Counted from the stretch's first letter, positions 28,879 through 38,837 are shown. The stretch is DNA of 46,951 bases from an uncultured archaeon (GCA_964430885.1 CAYSHM010000025.1:1-46951), one strand, 5' to 3'. Numbers and translations are program-made. Notes: generated from the letters alone by a model not told the origin.

Positions 28879-30342
28879 TCAGTCCAGCATTACCCACTTG
28901 AAACCTTCCTTGAGGTAGGTGTTCATATCCTCGGCTGCAGTCCTGCCTGCGCCCATGGCCTCAATAACGGTGGCCGCTCCAGTCACAATATCGCCTCCGG
29001 CCCATACTCCCTCGACGGAAGTCCTTCCCTTCTTGTCTGTTTCGATATTTCCCCATCTGTTGAGTTTCAGGTCTGGGACCGTAGCAGTAAGAAGCGGGTT
29101 TGCGTTGGAACCAATTGCTATAATGACTAAATCAGTCTCGATCTTGAAATTGGAACCCTCCACCGGGACCGGTCTCCTTCTTCCGCTGTCGTCCGGTTCT
29201 CCTAGCTCCATCTGTATGCATTCCATGTTCTTGACCCATCCGTTCTCATCGGCCTCAAGACCTATGGGATTTGTGAGCAGTTTAAAATCGATCCCTTCCT
29301 CCTCACCGTGCATAATCTCCTCGTCTCTAGCAGGCATCTGTTCTCTGGCCCTTCTGTAAACTATGGTAACATTTGCACCAAGCCTGAGAGCGGTCCTTGC
29401 AGCATCCATGGCCACATTGCCACCTCCGACCACCGTGACGTTCCGCCCTCTCTTGATAGGGGTGTCGAACTCCGGGAACTGGTATCCTTTCATCAGATTG
29501 GATCTGGTCAAAAACTCATTGGCACTGAAAACTCCATTTAGATTTTCACCATCAAGACCAAGGAATCTAGGAGCACCTGCACCGACACCAATGAATATAG
29601 TGTCAAAGCCTTCTTCTTTCTTTAATTCCTCTATGGTAAATAATTTCCCTATAACAGCATTGGTATGCAGCTTGACACCTGCTTCCTGAAGGGCATCTAT
29701 CTCGTATTCCACTATCTCCTTGGGAAGCCTGAACTCGGGAATTCCATACACAAGTACGCCGCCACCCTTGTGAAGAGCTTCAAAAATATGAACTTCATGC
29801 CCCATTCTAGCAAGATCAGCCGCAGCAGTAAGACCTCCGGGACCTGAACCGATTATTGCGGCCTTCTTCCCGGTAGGCTTTTCCTTTTCCATACAGCATT
29901 TGATGTCGGACTTCCTTTCGAAATCCGCAATGAACCTCTCGAGATATCCTATACCCACCGGCGAGTTCTTTCCCTTGCCCATTGCACATACACCTTCGCA
30001 TTGGGTCTCTTGTGGACATACCCTGCCGGTCACAGCAGGCAGAGCATTATCTCTTTTCATCACATTCAATGCTTCCATGAACTCTCCTTTGGCAATAAGA
30101 TCGATAAATTCAGGTATCTTTATCTTTACTGGACAACCCTTTACACACTGGGGGGCTAGGCATAGAAGGCATCGCTTTGCTTCCCTTATTGCTGTTTCAG
30201 CATCGTATCCTAGATTCACTTCCTCAAAATTATTACACCGGACCTTTGGCTCCTGCTCCGGCATACTGTTCCTTTTGGTCTTGAGCTTCTCCCTCATCTC
30301 TGTAGGGGTGGGTCTTTTACCTCTGAATCTGTAATCAGACAT
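28879..30342 (-). CDS. sudA: NfnB/SudA (GltD-like) large subunit of NADH-dependent ferredoxin:NADP oxidoreductase
   Basis: RCLLC..PQC..GCP, GRVCPQETQCE..C, GSGPGG, GGGNVAMD, GGDIVTGAATVIEAMG. Confidence 0.9.
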   Translation of the reverse strand: MSDYRFRGKRPTPTEMREKLKTKRNSMPEQEPKVRCNNFEEVNLGYDAETAIREAKRCLLCLAPQCVKGCPVKIKIPEFIDLIAKGEFMEALNVMKRDNALPAVTGRVCPQETQCEGVCAMGKGKNSPVGIGYLERFIADFERKSDIKCCMEKEKPTGKKAAIIGSGPGGLTAAADLARMGHEVHIFEALHKGGGVLVYGIPEFRLPKEIVEYEIDALQEAGVKLHTNAVIGKLFTIEELKKEEGFDTIFIGVGAGAPRFLGLDGENLNGVFSANEFLTRSNLMKGYQFPEFDTPIKRGRNVTVVGGGNVAMDAARTALRLGANVTIVYRRAREQMPARDEEIMHGEEEGIDFKLLTNPIGLEADENGWVKNMECIQMELGEPDDSGRRRPVPVEGSNFKIETDLVIIAIGSNANPLLTATVPDLKLNRWGNIETDKKGRTSVEGVWAGGDIVTGAATVIEAMGAGRTAAEDMNTYLKEGFKWVMLD

Positions 30343-31177
30343 TCATTTCCACCTCCAGCTGATATTTATCATAAGATATCTTTTCCTCCTCCAGATAGCC
30401 CCTCAACCTGTCCATAAGAAGATCCCAGTTGACAAGATGACCGTCGAATTCAGGTCCGTCAGTACATGTCAGTTTTGTTTTTCCGCCAACCTCAACTCTG
30501 CAGACTCCGCACATGCCAGTAGCATCGATCATGATGGAATTGAGGCTGACCACCGTATCCACCTTGAATGGCTTTGTTGTAAGTGAACAGAATTTCATCA
30601 TAATGGAAGGTCCAATAGCGTAAACCTTTCCGATCCTGTCGCTCTTCATCTCAAGTATCTCCTTGAGGGGTTCAGTCACCAGCCCTTTCCGACCTGCAGA
30701 TCCGTCGTCGGTTGTTATTATGTGCTGGTCGCTTACTTCTGCCATCTTTTCTTCCCAGAAAAGGAGGCTCTTAGATCTGGCACCCTGAATAGTGATGACA
30801 GTGGTACCTGCATTCTTGTATTCTCTGGCGATGGGGAATATGGGTGCAGTTCCAACCCCTCCAGCCACCATTACCACTACGTCGGCCTCCTCGATTTCCG
30901 AATGACATCCCAAAGGTCCTGAAATGCCCAGAAGATTATCACCTACACAAAGCTCACTCAGTTTTGCCGTGGAAGTGCCCACAACCATGTAAACCAGGGT
31001 TACGGTCCCCTTTTGACTGTCCCAATCGGCCAGGGTAAGCGGAATTCTTTCACCTGCATCCTTTGCCAGTACAACCACGAACTGTCCAGCCCGGGCTTTC
31101 TTCGCTATGGCTCTCGCTTCTACCTCTATCTCAAATATGTTCTCGGCCAGTTCCTTTTTTGAGATTATCTTGTGCAT
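30335..31177 (-). CDS. sudB: NfnA/SudB small subunit (FAD, 2Fe-2S)
   Basis: GERIPLT, GPLG, GGVG, DATGMCGVCRV..TC.DGPEFD; overlaps the start of sudA. Confidence 0.9.
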   Translation of the reverse strand: MHKIISKKELAENIFEIEVEARAIAKKARAGQFVVVLAKDAGERIPLTLADWDSQKGTVTLVYMVVGTSTAKLSELCVGDNLLGISGPLGCHSEIEEADVVVMVAGGVGTAPIFPIAREYKNAGTTVITIQGARSKSLLFWEEKMAEVSDQHIITTDDGSAGRKGLVTEPLKEILEMKSDRIGKVYAIGPSIMMKFCSLTTKPFKVDTVVSLNSIMIDATGMCGVCRVEVGGKTKLTCTDGPEFDGHLVNWDLLMDRLRGYLEEEKISYDKYQLEVEMNV

Positions 31178-31480
31178 TTTTGGTCCCCCATTTATTATAC
31201 AAATTTCCTTATTATAGAGAATGATTATTTTTCAAAAAATAATTCAGGTTCAATTTGATAAATAATGTTCGGTTGGGTAAATTTCGAACTATTATATAAT
31301 GTTGTAAGTAAAATTTTATTTAGTATGAAAGTACTTGCCGATTAACATAATATAAGGTATCTTTATAATTTTCTGGATGATTAGGATTGTGAAGTAAAGC
31401 TTAACATATAATTTCATATGCCATACCATCCATATTCCTTTAGGCCTGTATTTGAGAAACAGAACTTAGGGTAATGCATC

Positions 31481-32911
31481 ATGGAAGGGGGAACCTTGGA
31501 CATCGGATTGATAGGTTTGGGGGTAATGGGAGAGAATCTTGTCCTCAATATTGAGGGCAAAGGGTTTACCGTAGGTGTTTATAACCGAACCTCCGGTAAA
31601 ACTGAGGCTTTCATGGAGGATCGGGCAGAAGGAAAGAATATTCACGGGTTTTATTCTCTCTCGGATTTCTGCAAATCATTGAGTGAGCCGAGGAAGGTAA
31701 TGATCCTTGTAAAGGCGGGGGACCCAGTGGACATGGTAATTGAAGGTCTCCTTCCATTCCTTTCGCAAAATGATATTATCATGGACTGTGGGAATTCATA
31801 TTACGAGGACACAAACCGACGGGCTGGCCTTCTGAATAAGAAAGGATTTCATTTCATGGGTATAGGGGTCTCCGGCGGGGAGGAGGGTGCACTGAAAGGC
31901 CCTTCTATAATGCCAGGGGGAAGCGAGGCTGCATGGGCAGAGGTTAAGGATATCCTGTTGTTAATTGCAGCCACCTTTAATGATGAGCCCTGCTGTGGAT
32001 ATCTGGGTCCAGAAGGCGCGGGTCACTTTGTAAAGATGGTCCATAACGGCATAGAGTATGCAGACATGGCTCTTATTGCCGAGGGTTACGACATTCTCCG
32101 GAGGTCAGGAATTGATGCGAAGACCTGTTCAGATATTTTTCGGGTATGGGGTCAGAGGGGACATCTGGATTCTTATCTCATGGATATCACAGCTGACATA
32201 TTGGAGAAAGACGATCCATATACGGAAAATGCTCTTGTGGATATGATATTGGATGAGGCAAAACAGAAAGGGACGGGTCTTTGGACCTCTCTTTCAGCTT
32301 TGAAGATGTTGGTGCCTGCACCGACCATCATAGAGGCGGTGAACCTGAGGATCATATCCAATTTCAGTGATGAAAGATACCAGGCCTGGAAGAATTATCC
32401 CTGCAGTGCAAATGCAGATATGCCCATATATAAGGGCCATACGGAAATTGATGATCTCAAGGAAATAATCCATGATGCACTTCTAGGCGGTAAGATCTGC
32501 GCCTATGCACAGGGTCTGTCAATATTGAAAAGTGCATCAGAGCAGTTCGGATGGGATCTTGATATGTCCATGATAGCAGGTCTATGGAGAAATGGATGCA
32601 TAATAAGAGCTTCACTCCTAGAGGATATCAGAAACGCATATTCCAAGGAACGCAGTCCGGCAAACCTTCTTCTCTCACCTGAATTCATACCAGTAATGGA
32701 CCGGGTATACTTGAGCTGGAAGGAAGCAATAAAATTTGCATTGAATGGGAATATTGCTGTACCTGCCCTCTCCAGCGCATTCAATTATTTCAATTTATAC
32801 CGCTCCCGCCATCTTCCCATGAACCTGGTTCAAGCTCAAAGGGATTATTTCGGAGCTCATACTTACCGAAGGATAGACCGGGAAGGGGATTTTCACACAG
32901 AGTGGTTTTAA
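31481..32911 (+). CDS. gndA: Long-chain NADP-dependent 6-phosphogluconate dehydrogenase (decarboxylating)
   Basis: GLGVMG, YNRT (NADP-type), VSGGEEGA, KMVHNGIEY, QKGTG.WT, W..GCIIR, QAQRDYFGAHTY. Confidence 0.95.
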   Translation: MEGGTLDIGLIGLGVMGENLVLNIEGKGFTVGVYNRTSGKTEAFMEDRAEGKNIHGFYSLSDFCKSLSEPRKVMILVKAGDPVDMVIEGLLPFLSQNDIIMDCGNSYYEDTNRRAGLLNKKGFHFMGIGVSGGEEGALKGPSIMPGGSEAAWAEVKDILLLIAATFNDEPCCGYLGPEGAGHFVKMVHNGIEYADMALIAEGYDILRRSGIDAKTCSDIFRVWGQRGHLDSYLMDITADILEKDDPYTENALVDMILDEAKQKGTGLWTSLSALKMLVPAPTIIEAVNLRIISNFSDERYQAWKNYPCSANADMPIYKGHTEIDDLKEIIHDALLGGKICAYAQGLSILKSASEQFGWDLDMSMIAGLWRNGCIIRASLLEDIRNAYSKERSPANLLLSPEFIPVMDRVYLSWKEAIKFALNGNIAVPALSSAFNYFNLYRSRHLPMNLVQAQRDYFGAHTYRRIDREGDFHTEWF

Positions 32912-32951
32912 GAATTTATAATTTAAAAACAATAATCAGGATAGAGATAAT

Positions 32952-34097
32952 ATGGGGCCATATAAACTTGGAGCCGTTGGATTGGGACATTGGTTTAAAA
33001 GATTACTGTTCTCAATGGACAAGACCTTGTTGACATTAGAAAAGGGAGCGGGAATATTTCCCTATGAAGCATATGACCCGCCTCTGACTGACTTTGGACT
33101 TAAAAGGGAGAACTATTACCAAATAAAACCGGGAGACCCGATTCCTGAAGAATTCTTCGATGGGATTGATGTGGTTCAGATCGCATCTCCGAACCGTTTC
33201 CATCACGAACAGACCATTCAATCCCTAGACCACGGTAAGATAACCATAACCGAGAAAACCTATGGTTCAGACAGGGAGACCTTTCACAAGACCATCGATT
33301 ACATCAGAGAACATGAAGTTGAGAACAAGACCTATGTTCACCTGCACTATCTGAACAAGCAGCCCACTCTTGCTCTTCCAGGGATAGTAAAAAGGATGGC
33401 CAAGAATCACGGTAAGATAATAAGTGCTGTTGGTACCATGTTCGAGGAGGCCAACGATGAGGATATGAGGCGGAGCTGGATTTTCAACAATGCCAACGGC
33501 GGAATATTCATGGACCTAATTCATCCTACAGAGGTTCTGTATGTGGGAACCAAGGCCCGTTTCAAGGAGTGTTTAGATGCTAATCTATACATGGTCAACT
33601 CCAAGATGTGCAGCGATGATCCCACCGGTGTGGAGGTTTGGTACAAGGTTGAAGGCAAGTATTATGCTGATAACGCTATTGCAGCCATCAGAGTTGGGAA
33701 AGGTTTCCCCCATGGATTGAACTACAAGGCCCTTAGATTGACATTTGCCAATGGGACATATCTGGATGTAAAGTTCGAGAACGCATTGATCGAATATACT
33801 TCCAAGAAACGGGGGTCATGGAGGGTGAAGAGACAGACCAATGGAGATGTGGAGGTGCTGGAGAGAGGCGATCCCAGGGGTAAGACTCCATTCGCTCTCA
33901 TGGTTGATGATGTTATAAGAATGATAAAAGGGGAGAATCCTCCGATATCAATAGATCAGATGGAGGAGGTCTTCAATATCCAATGGATGTTCAGGGACCT
34001 CGCCTCCGAGAAAAAGATGATGGGAAGCTGGAACGATATAAGGGAATATATCGGAAATGGCCTGGAAAAGGTGGTAGGGGATCCAGATATGGACTAA
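32952..34097 (+). CDS. Gfo/Idh/MocA-superfamily oxidoreductase with G6PDH-like motifs
   Basis: GAVGLGHW, ASPNRFH, EKTYG...HYLNK, GGIFMDLIHP, IRVGKG; 40 bp downstream of gndA. Confidence 0.75.
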   Translation: MGPYKLGAVGLGHWFKRLLFSMDKTLLTLEKGAGIFPYEAYDPPLTDFGLKRENYYQIKPGDPIPEEFFDGIDVVQIASPNRFHHEQTIQSLDHGKITITEKTYGSDRETFHKTIDYIREHEVENKTYVHLHYLNKQPTLALPGIVKRMAKNHGKIISAVGTMFEEANDEDMRRSWIFNNANGGIFMDLIHPTEVLYVGTKARFKECLDANLYMVNSKMCSDDPTGVEVWYKVEGKYYADNAIAAIRVGKGFPHGLNYKALRLTFANGTYLDVKFENALIEYTSKKRGSWRVKRQTNGDVEVLERGDPRGKTPFALMVDDVIRMIKGENPPISIDQMEEVFNIQWMFRDLASEKKMMGSWNDIREYIGNGLEKVVGDPDMD

Positions 34098-34103
34098 AAT
34101 GTG

Positions 34104-34532
34104 TCAATCGGTAAGGGCTATAGTTATCCTATTTCCGCATTTCAAACAAGTTCCCACTGCTGCCCCCTCATCAAAGAAACCGGGAATTCCATCATTTTCC
34201 TCGATCCGCTCCATATATCCGATTGTCATTGCAATATTCCCGCATTCGCAGGAAATAATGGAGCCTCTTTCCACTTTTCTATGTTCACCTGTGAAACGCA
34301 GGAGTTCTTTTAGTGTCTGGCATTTGAAACATTCACCTGTGATAATCCCCCTGAAATTACCTTTTGTTGAACCCGTATGATGCTCAATGGCCGTCTTGAA
34401 TTCATTTTCTCCGCATATGCTGCATCTGTAGATCTGAAAAATGTGTATGTCATTGGGGAATGCCTTGGAATTGAGGACTCTATCGGCATATTCTCTCAGG
34501 CCTTGGGTATGATCGGTATTTTTATTCTCCAT
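34104..34532 (-). CDS. Small protein with two zinc-ribbon units
   Basis: CSIC, CFKC, CEC, CLKC; RBS GGTGA before ATG 34532. Confidence 0.65.
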   Translation of the reverse strand: MENKNTDHTQGLREYADRVLNSKAFPNDIHIFQIYRCSICGENEFKTAIEHHTGSTKGNFRGIITGECFKCQTLKELLRFTGEHRKVERGSIISCECGNIAMTIGYMERIEENDGIPGFFDEGAAVGTCLKCGNRITIALTD

Positions 34533-34606
34533 TGTTTCACCAGGGATTATCCTGCTCAAAATTATGCTTGGTAAAATATTTATAGTCATCCATCATACCT
34601 ATTACC

Positions 34607-35764
34607 ATGGTCAAATTGGTCTGTACCCAGTGCGGTTATTCCTATGACTCCTCGGTTCCTATATGGCGATGCACAAATCCAATGGGAAAAGGCGGGGAAT
34701 GCCATGGCCTTTTAGATATTCATCATAACCCCAGATTTCCTCTTGATAAGATAGGAAAGAGAAAAGCCACAATGTGGAGATACAGAGAAGCAATTCCCAT
34801 CGAGAATGACTGCAATATCATTTCCCTTGGGGAGGGTTTCACGCCCATGGTCGGGATTGATCTTATTGATAATCAGATATTGTTCAAGCAGGATCAGCTA
34901 TTCCCCACTGGTTCATACAAGGATAGGGGTGCCTCAGTTCTCCTCAGCAAGATCAGGGAATTGGGTGTGACCCCCATATTGGAGGATTCTTCGGGTAATG
35001 CAGGATGTGCGGTTTCGGCTTATTCTGCACGTGCTGGTATCCCATGTAAAATATATGTACCTGAAAAAACATCTCCAGGTAAGATTCGTCAGATCGTGGC
35101 TTATGGGGCTGATATAGCCATGGTTCCAGGGGGTCGAGATATGACCGCCAAAGAAGCTTTAAAGGCGGCTGAAAATACATATTATGCGTCCCATTCCTGG
35201 AACCCATTTTTCTTTCATGGTACGAAGACATTCGCCTTTGAGGTGGCAGAACAGCTGGGTTGGTCGGAACCGGATGTTTTAGTGCTCCCCGTGGGCAACG
35301 GGACACTTCTATTGGGTTCGTACATTGGCTTCTCTGAGCTGAAGGATGCAGGAATTATTAAGAGGATCCCCCGGATCATTGGCGTTCAATCCCGGAGATG
35401 CGCTCCACTAGCCAAGGCATTTGAAGCTATTAGTGTTTCATCCGGTGAAGGGTTGGCTCCCTCAGTGGACGGGACATGTACAACTAACCGTACAATTGCA
35501 GAAGGGATTGCAGTCTCAGATCCTGCCAGGGCCCTACAGATACTGGATGCTGTCAAGGGTACCAGTGGCCGTTTTGTTACCGTTGATGAGAACGAAATAA
35601 GAACTGCTCTGAGATTCGCTCATGGGCTGGGTTTCTTCATCGAACCCACTTCCGCAGTCACTTTGGCTGCGCTGATGTTCTACTTCAATGACTGTATCAA
35701 GGGTAGTGAAAATTTGATTGTTTCGGTCTTCACGGGCCATGGTCTGAAAAGTTGGGGTCATTAA
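34607..35764 (+). CDS. thrC: Threonine synthase-like PLP enzyme (fold type II)
   Basis: N-terminal Cys ribbon, LGEGFTP, PTGSYKDRG, DSSGNAG, PVGNGT, IEPTSA, TGHGLK. The DSSGNAG subfamily means the substrate is not certain. Confidence 0.75.
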   Translation: MVKLVCTQCGYSYDSSVPIWRCTNPMGKGGECHGLLDIHHNPRFPLDKIGKRKATMWRYREAIPIENDCNIISLGEGFTPMVGIDLIDNQILFKQDQLFPTGSYKDRGASVLLSKIRELGVTPILEDSSGNAGCAVSAYSARAGIPCKIYVPEKTSPGKIRQIVAYGADIAMVPGGRDMTAKEALKAAENTYYASHSWNPFFFHGTKTFAFEVAEQLGWSEPDVLVLPVGNGTLLLGSYIGFSELKDAGIIKRIPRIIGVQSRRCAPLAKAFEAISVSSGEGLAPSVDGTCTTNRTIAEGIAVSDPARALQILDAVKGTSGRFVTVDENEIRTALRFAHGLGFFIEPTSAVTLAALMFYFNDCIKGSENLIVSVFTGHGLKSWGH

Positions 35765-35971
35765 AAAACATTTTTTCAAGTAATGGTCTTTGGGGGTTTT
35801 AAGGCTTACATTTTACTTTTATTGTTATTAATACAAATGTAAATATATATTTATCAATAAAATATATTAATTGGAAATTATAATATATGGTGGGTGCAGT
35901 AATCATATTGGAGTTGTAAAAACAAATATTTTTAAAATTATATTTATTTTATTATGGGAGGTGCATTTTTA

Positions 35972-36961
35972 ATGTCCACACGTAAAGTACAGGTCACCGG
36001 TGGCAACACCTATATCGTATCTCTCCCCAAAACCTGGGTCAAAGAATCAGACCTGAAACAGGGTGACGTTCTGGAATTGGTTCCCCAGAACAACGGGGAT
36101 CTATGGATTAGGAGGCCAGGTGCGGTCTTGAAAGACTCTTCGAAGATCCATCTTCGTATCCATGAGAAAGAAGTACCTGCGCGGATTCTGAAACGCTTAT
36201 TGGCCTGTTATATATCAGGTTATACTATCATGGAGATCAAGGCTGAAGGCAGGATGACCTCCAAGCAGAAAAGGACAATCAGGGATTTCTGCAGAAGGGT
36301 AATAGGTCCGGAAATAATGGAGGAATCGGTTGACCGGATACTCATCAGGGATCTGATGCCCAGCTCCGGTATATCCATGAAAGACAATGTTTACCGATTC
36401 TTCAGTATTGTCAAGGGTATGTTCTTTGATGTTCTCGAATCCCTGTCAGAAAGCGATTCCGAACTTGCAGCAGATGTTATTTCAAGAAAGGACGAATGTG
36501 TTCGGCTTCATCATCTCATTCAAAAGCAGTTCAATGTGAATTTAACTGATCCAGACCGAACTGATATTATCAATGAAATGAAGTCCGGTTTCTTTTATTT
36601 GAGGCTGTCCTCTGTGCTAATGGAAATATCTGGATCCGTGGATGATATAGCTCACGTTGTTCAATATGGAGGCCTGTCCGAAAATAAAGATCTAACTGGC
36701 AGGATCACTGTTATCGGTAAAAAGGCCTTTGGAATTGTTTCTTCAGCTCTGAGCTCACCCGGGCAAAAAGAAATGGATAGTCTACTGGAAAGCATTGACG
36801 GTTCCAAGGAAATCAAAGAGGAAATTAATGCTGTAATTAAAGAGTTGGTGGAACTGGATATGGGAGAAAGTGTACATTTGACCCGGGTCATTACATTATT
36901 AGCTAATGTTGCCGGAAGGGGTGCTGAACTCTGTGAAATGAATCTTCCGGAGTTGGTATAG
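35972..36961 (+). CDS. phoU: Archaeal phosphate uptake regulator (AbrB domain plus two PhoU domains)
   Basis: RKVQVTGGNTYIVSLPK.W, ACYISGY, IGPEIMEE, helical PhoU repeats; RBS GGAGGTG. Confidence 0.85.
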   Translation: MSTRKVQVTGGNTYIVSLPKTWVKESDLKQGDVLELVPQNNGDLWIRRPGAVLKDSSKIHLRIHEKEVPARILKRLLACYISGYTIMEIKAEGRMTSKQKRTIRDFCRRVIGPEIMEESVDRILIRDLMPSSGISMKDNVYRFFSIVKGMFFDVLESLSESDSELAADVISRKDECVRLHHLIQKQFNVNLTDPDRTDIINEMKSGFFYLRLSSVLMEISGSVDDIAHVVQYGGLSENKDLTGRITVIGKKAFGIVSSALSSPGQKEMDSLLESIDGSKEIKEEINAVIKELVELDMGESVHLTRVITLLANVAGRGAELCEMNLPELV

Positions 36962-37053
36962 TCATTAGGATAATGTCATCTGCCGACATTTCATATCCGA
37001 TCAATTCTTCAACCTATCCAACAGTTAAGTTTTTGCCCTTTGGCTACTATCAG

Positions 37054-37070
37054 AGAAAGTTATATATAAA
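37054..37070 (+). promoter_or_regulatory. BRE/TATA promoter, probably leaderless
   Basis: AGAAAG-TTATATATAAA about 20-25 nt before ATG 37086/37092. Confidence 0.55.
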
Positions 37071-37085
37071 ACGATTTTGTTGGAA

Positions 37086-37481
37086 ATGATTATGGGGGAT
37101 TTTATCGCTACCAACGCTCTGGAATTGATATTGGTTCTATTGGTGTTTTTATTAGGTTTGATCATCGGATTGGTCATTGACACCCTCAGAAGGAAAAGAT
37201 ACAACAAAATATCTTCGAAGGTATTGGAGGGAATATATGATTCCGAGCAGGAGATGTCCCCTGAACATGATTATCATAGAATGTCCTACCATTCCGCACC
37301 TTATCAGCCAAAGCGCAGTTTCCAGGGATTATCTTCCAAAAAGATAGTTATTGAGCAACCGAAGTCCAGGCCTAAAAGAAATGATGAACCGGTTACCGGA
37401 AAATGGATCTGTCCCCAATGCGGAGCAAACGACGCAAATCTTATCCACCGGAAAGGCTGCGACAAATGCTATAAGAGCTAA
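37086..37481 (+). CDS. Small single-pass membrane protein with C-terminal zinc ribbon
   Basis: TM LILVLLVFLLGLIIGLVI followed by RRKR; WICPQCG...CDKC. Confidence 0.7.
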   Translation: MIMGDFIATNALELILVLLVFLLGLIIGLVIDTLRRKRYNKISSKVLEGIYDSEQEMSPEHDYHRMSYHSAPYQPKRSFQGLSSKKIVIEQPKSRPKRNDEPVTGKWICPQCGANDANLIHRKGCDKCYKS

Positions 37482-37619
37482 GCCAGTAAACGAATGGTTC
37501 TGCACCCCTAATAATCTTCATTCCATAATCTGAAAAATAGCAATATTAATGATAAAGTAATTGTTTTACTCAATTATTATTCATTCATTACTATTCGATC
37601 ATAACACAGGTGAACATAT

Positions 37620-38837
37620 ATGGATCCGGAAGTGCTTGAAAGGTTTTTAAGATATGTTAAAATCGATACACAGAGCAAGGACGAACAGAAAAACATACCC
37701 AGCACGGAAAAACAGTTTAATTTGGCTCGCCTCCTGGTTGACGAGCTGAAAGAGATGGGACTCGATGATGCCTCAGTGGATGAGCATTGCTACGTAACAG
37801 CTACCTTGCCCGGGAATACACCCGTATCTCATGTAATAGGTCTTTTGGCGCATATGGATACCTCTCCGGAGGCATCAGGTGAAAATGTAGACCCCCAAAT
37901 TGTCCGAAACTATAAGGGTGGAGACATTGTGCTTCCGGGAGACCCTGAACAAGTAATTCCCGAAAACCAGTTGGTACGATATATCGGCGAGGATATAATC
38001 ACCTCCGACGGGACCACTCTATTGGGAGCCGATGACAAGTGCGGGGTTGCAGAGATAATGACTGCAGTTTCAATGATGGTAAAGGACCCAAGTATCAAAC
38101 ACGGAACAATAAAGGTAGGCTTCACTCCGGATGAGGAGGTGGGCCGGGGAGTGGACTTGTTTGACGTCGAAGGATTCGGTGCCGATCTAGCCTATACCGT
38201 GGATGGAGGGGAACTGGGTGAAATTGAGGATGAGAACTTCAATGCTCATATGGCGAATCTTTACATTAAAGGATACAATGTCCATCCGGGTTATGCCTAC
38301 GGAAAGATGACCAACGCCCTTCGCGCTGCAGGAGATTTTATATCAATGCTGCCCAAAGACAAGTCCCCTGAAACAACCCGTCACAAGGAAGGCTACCTGC
38401 ACCCCATAGGTCTGACAGGAAATGTGTCCGGAGTAAGACTCAAGATGCTTATCAGGTCCTTCTCGGATAAGGACACTGCAGAACTGCAGAAAATACTGGA
38501 GAAGAATGCGGAGAAGATCAGGGATGCCTATTCGGGAGCGGAGGTTGAACTCGAGGTCAAGGAATCCTACAGGAATATGAAGGAGCAGCTGGACAAGCAT
38601 CCCATAGTAATGGAGAATGCTATAAAGGCCATAAAGATGGCCGGAATTGAACCCATAAGGAAACCTATCAGAGGAGGTACTGACGGGTCCCGATTGTCCT
38701 TTATGGGACTGCCAACCCCTAACCTTTTCGGAGGCGGGATCAACTTCCATAGTGTTCGCGAATTCGTACCGGTGGGTTCCATGGAAAAAGCGGTAGAGGT
38801 TATATTGAATCTGGTGGCCCTTTATTGTGAACAATGA
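37620..38837 (+). CDS. pepT: Peptidase T (M20B tripeptide aminopeptidase)
   Basis: ERFLRYVKIDTQS, AHMDTS, LGADDK, FTPDEE, HPGYA, IRGGTDG, NFHS..EF. Confidence 0.96.
   Translation: MDPEVLERFLRYVKIDTQSKDEQKNIPSTEKQFNLARLLVDELKEMGLDDASVDEHCYVTATLPGNTPVSHVIGLLAHMDTSPEASGENVDPQIVRNYKGGDIVLPGDPEQVIPENQLVRYIGEDIITSDGTTLLGADDKCGVAEIMTAVSMMVKDPSIKHGTIKVGFTPDEEVGRGVDLFDVEGFGADLAYTVDGGELGEIEDENFNAHMANLYIKGYNVHPGYAYGKMTNALRAAGDFISMLPKDKSPETTRHKEGYLHPIGLTGNVSGVRLKMLIRSFSDKDTAELQKILEKNAEKIRDAYSGAEVELEVKESYRNMKEQLDKHPIVMENAIKAIKMAGIEPIRKPIRGGTDGSRLSFMGLPTPNLFGGGINFHSVREFVPVGSMEKAVEVILNLVALYCEQ

Noticed and set aside
28879-30342. Annotation as glutamate synthase
   Set aside because: It is paired with a SudB/NfnA gene and no GltB domains are present, so NfnAB/SudAB is the better call.
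31386-31408. Rex operator in the nfn-gnd spacer (TTGTGAA...TTAACAT)
   Set aside because: The spacer is 7 nt rather than 4 and the right half-site is poor.
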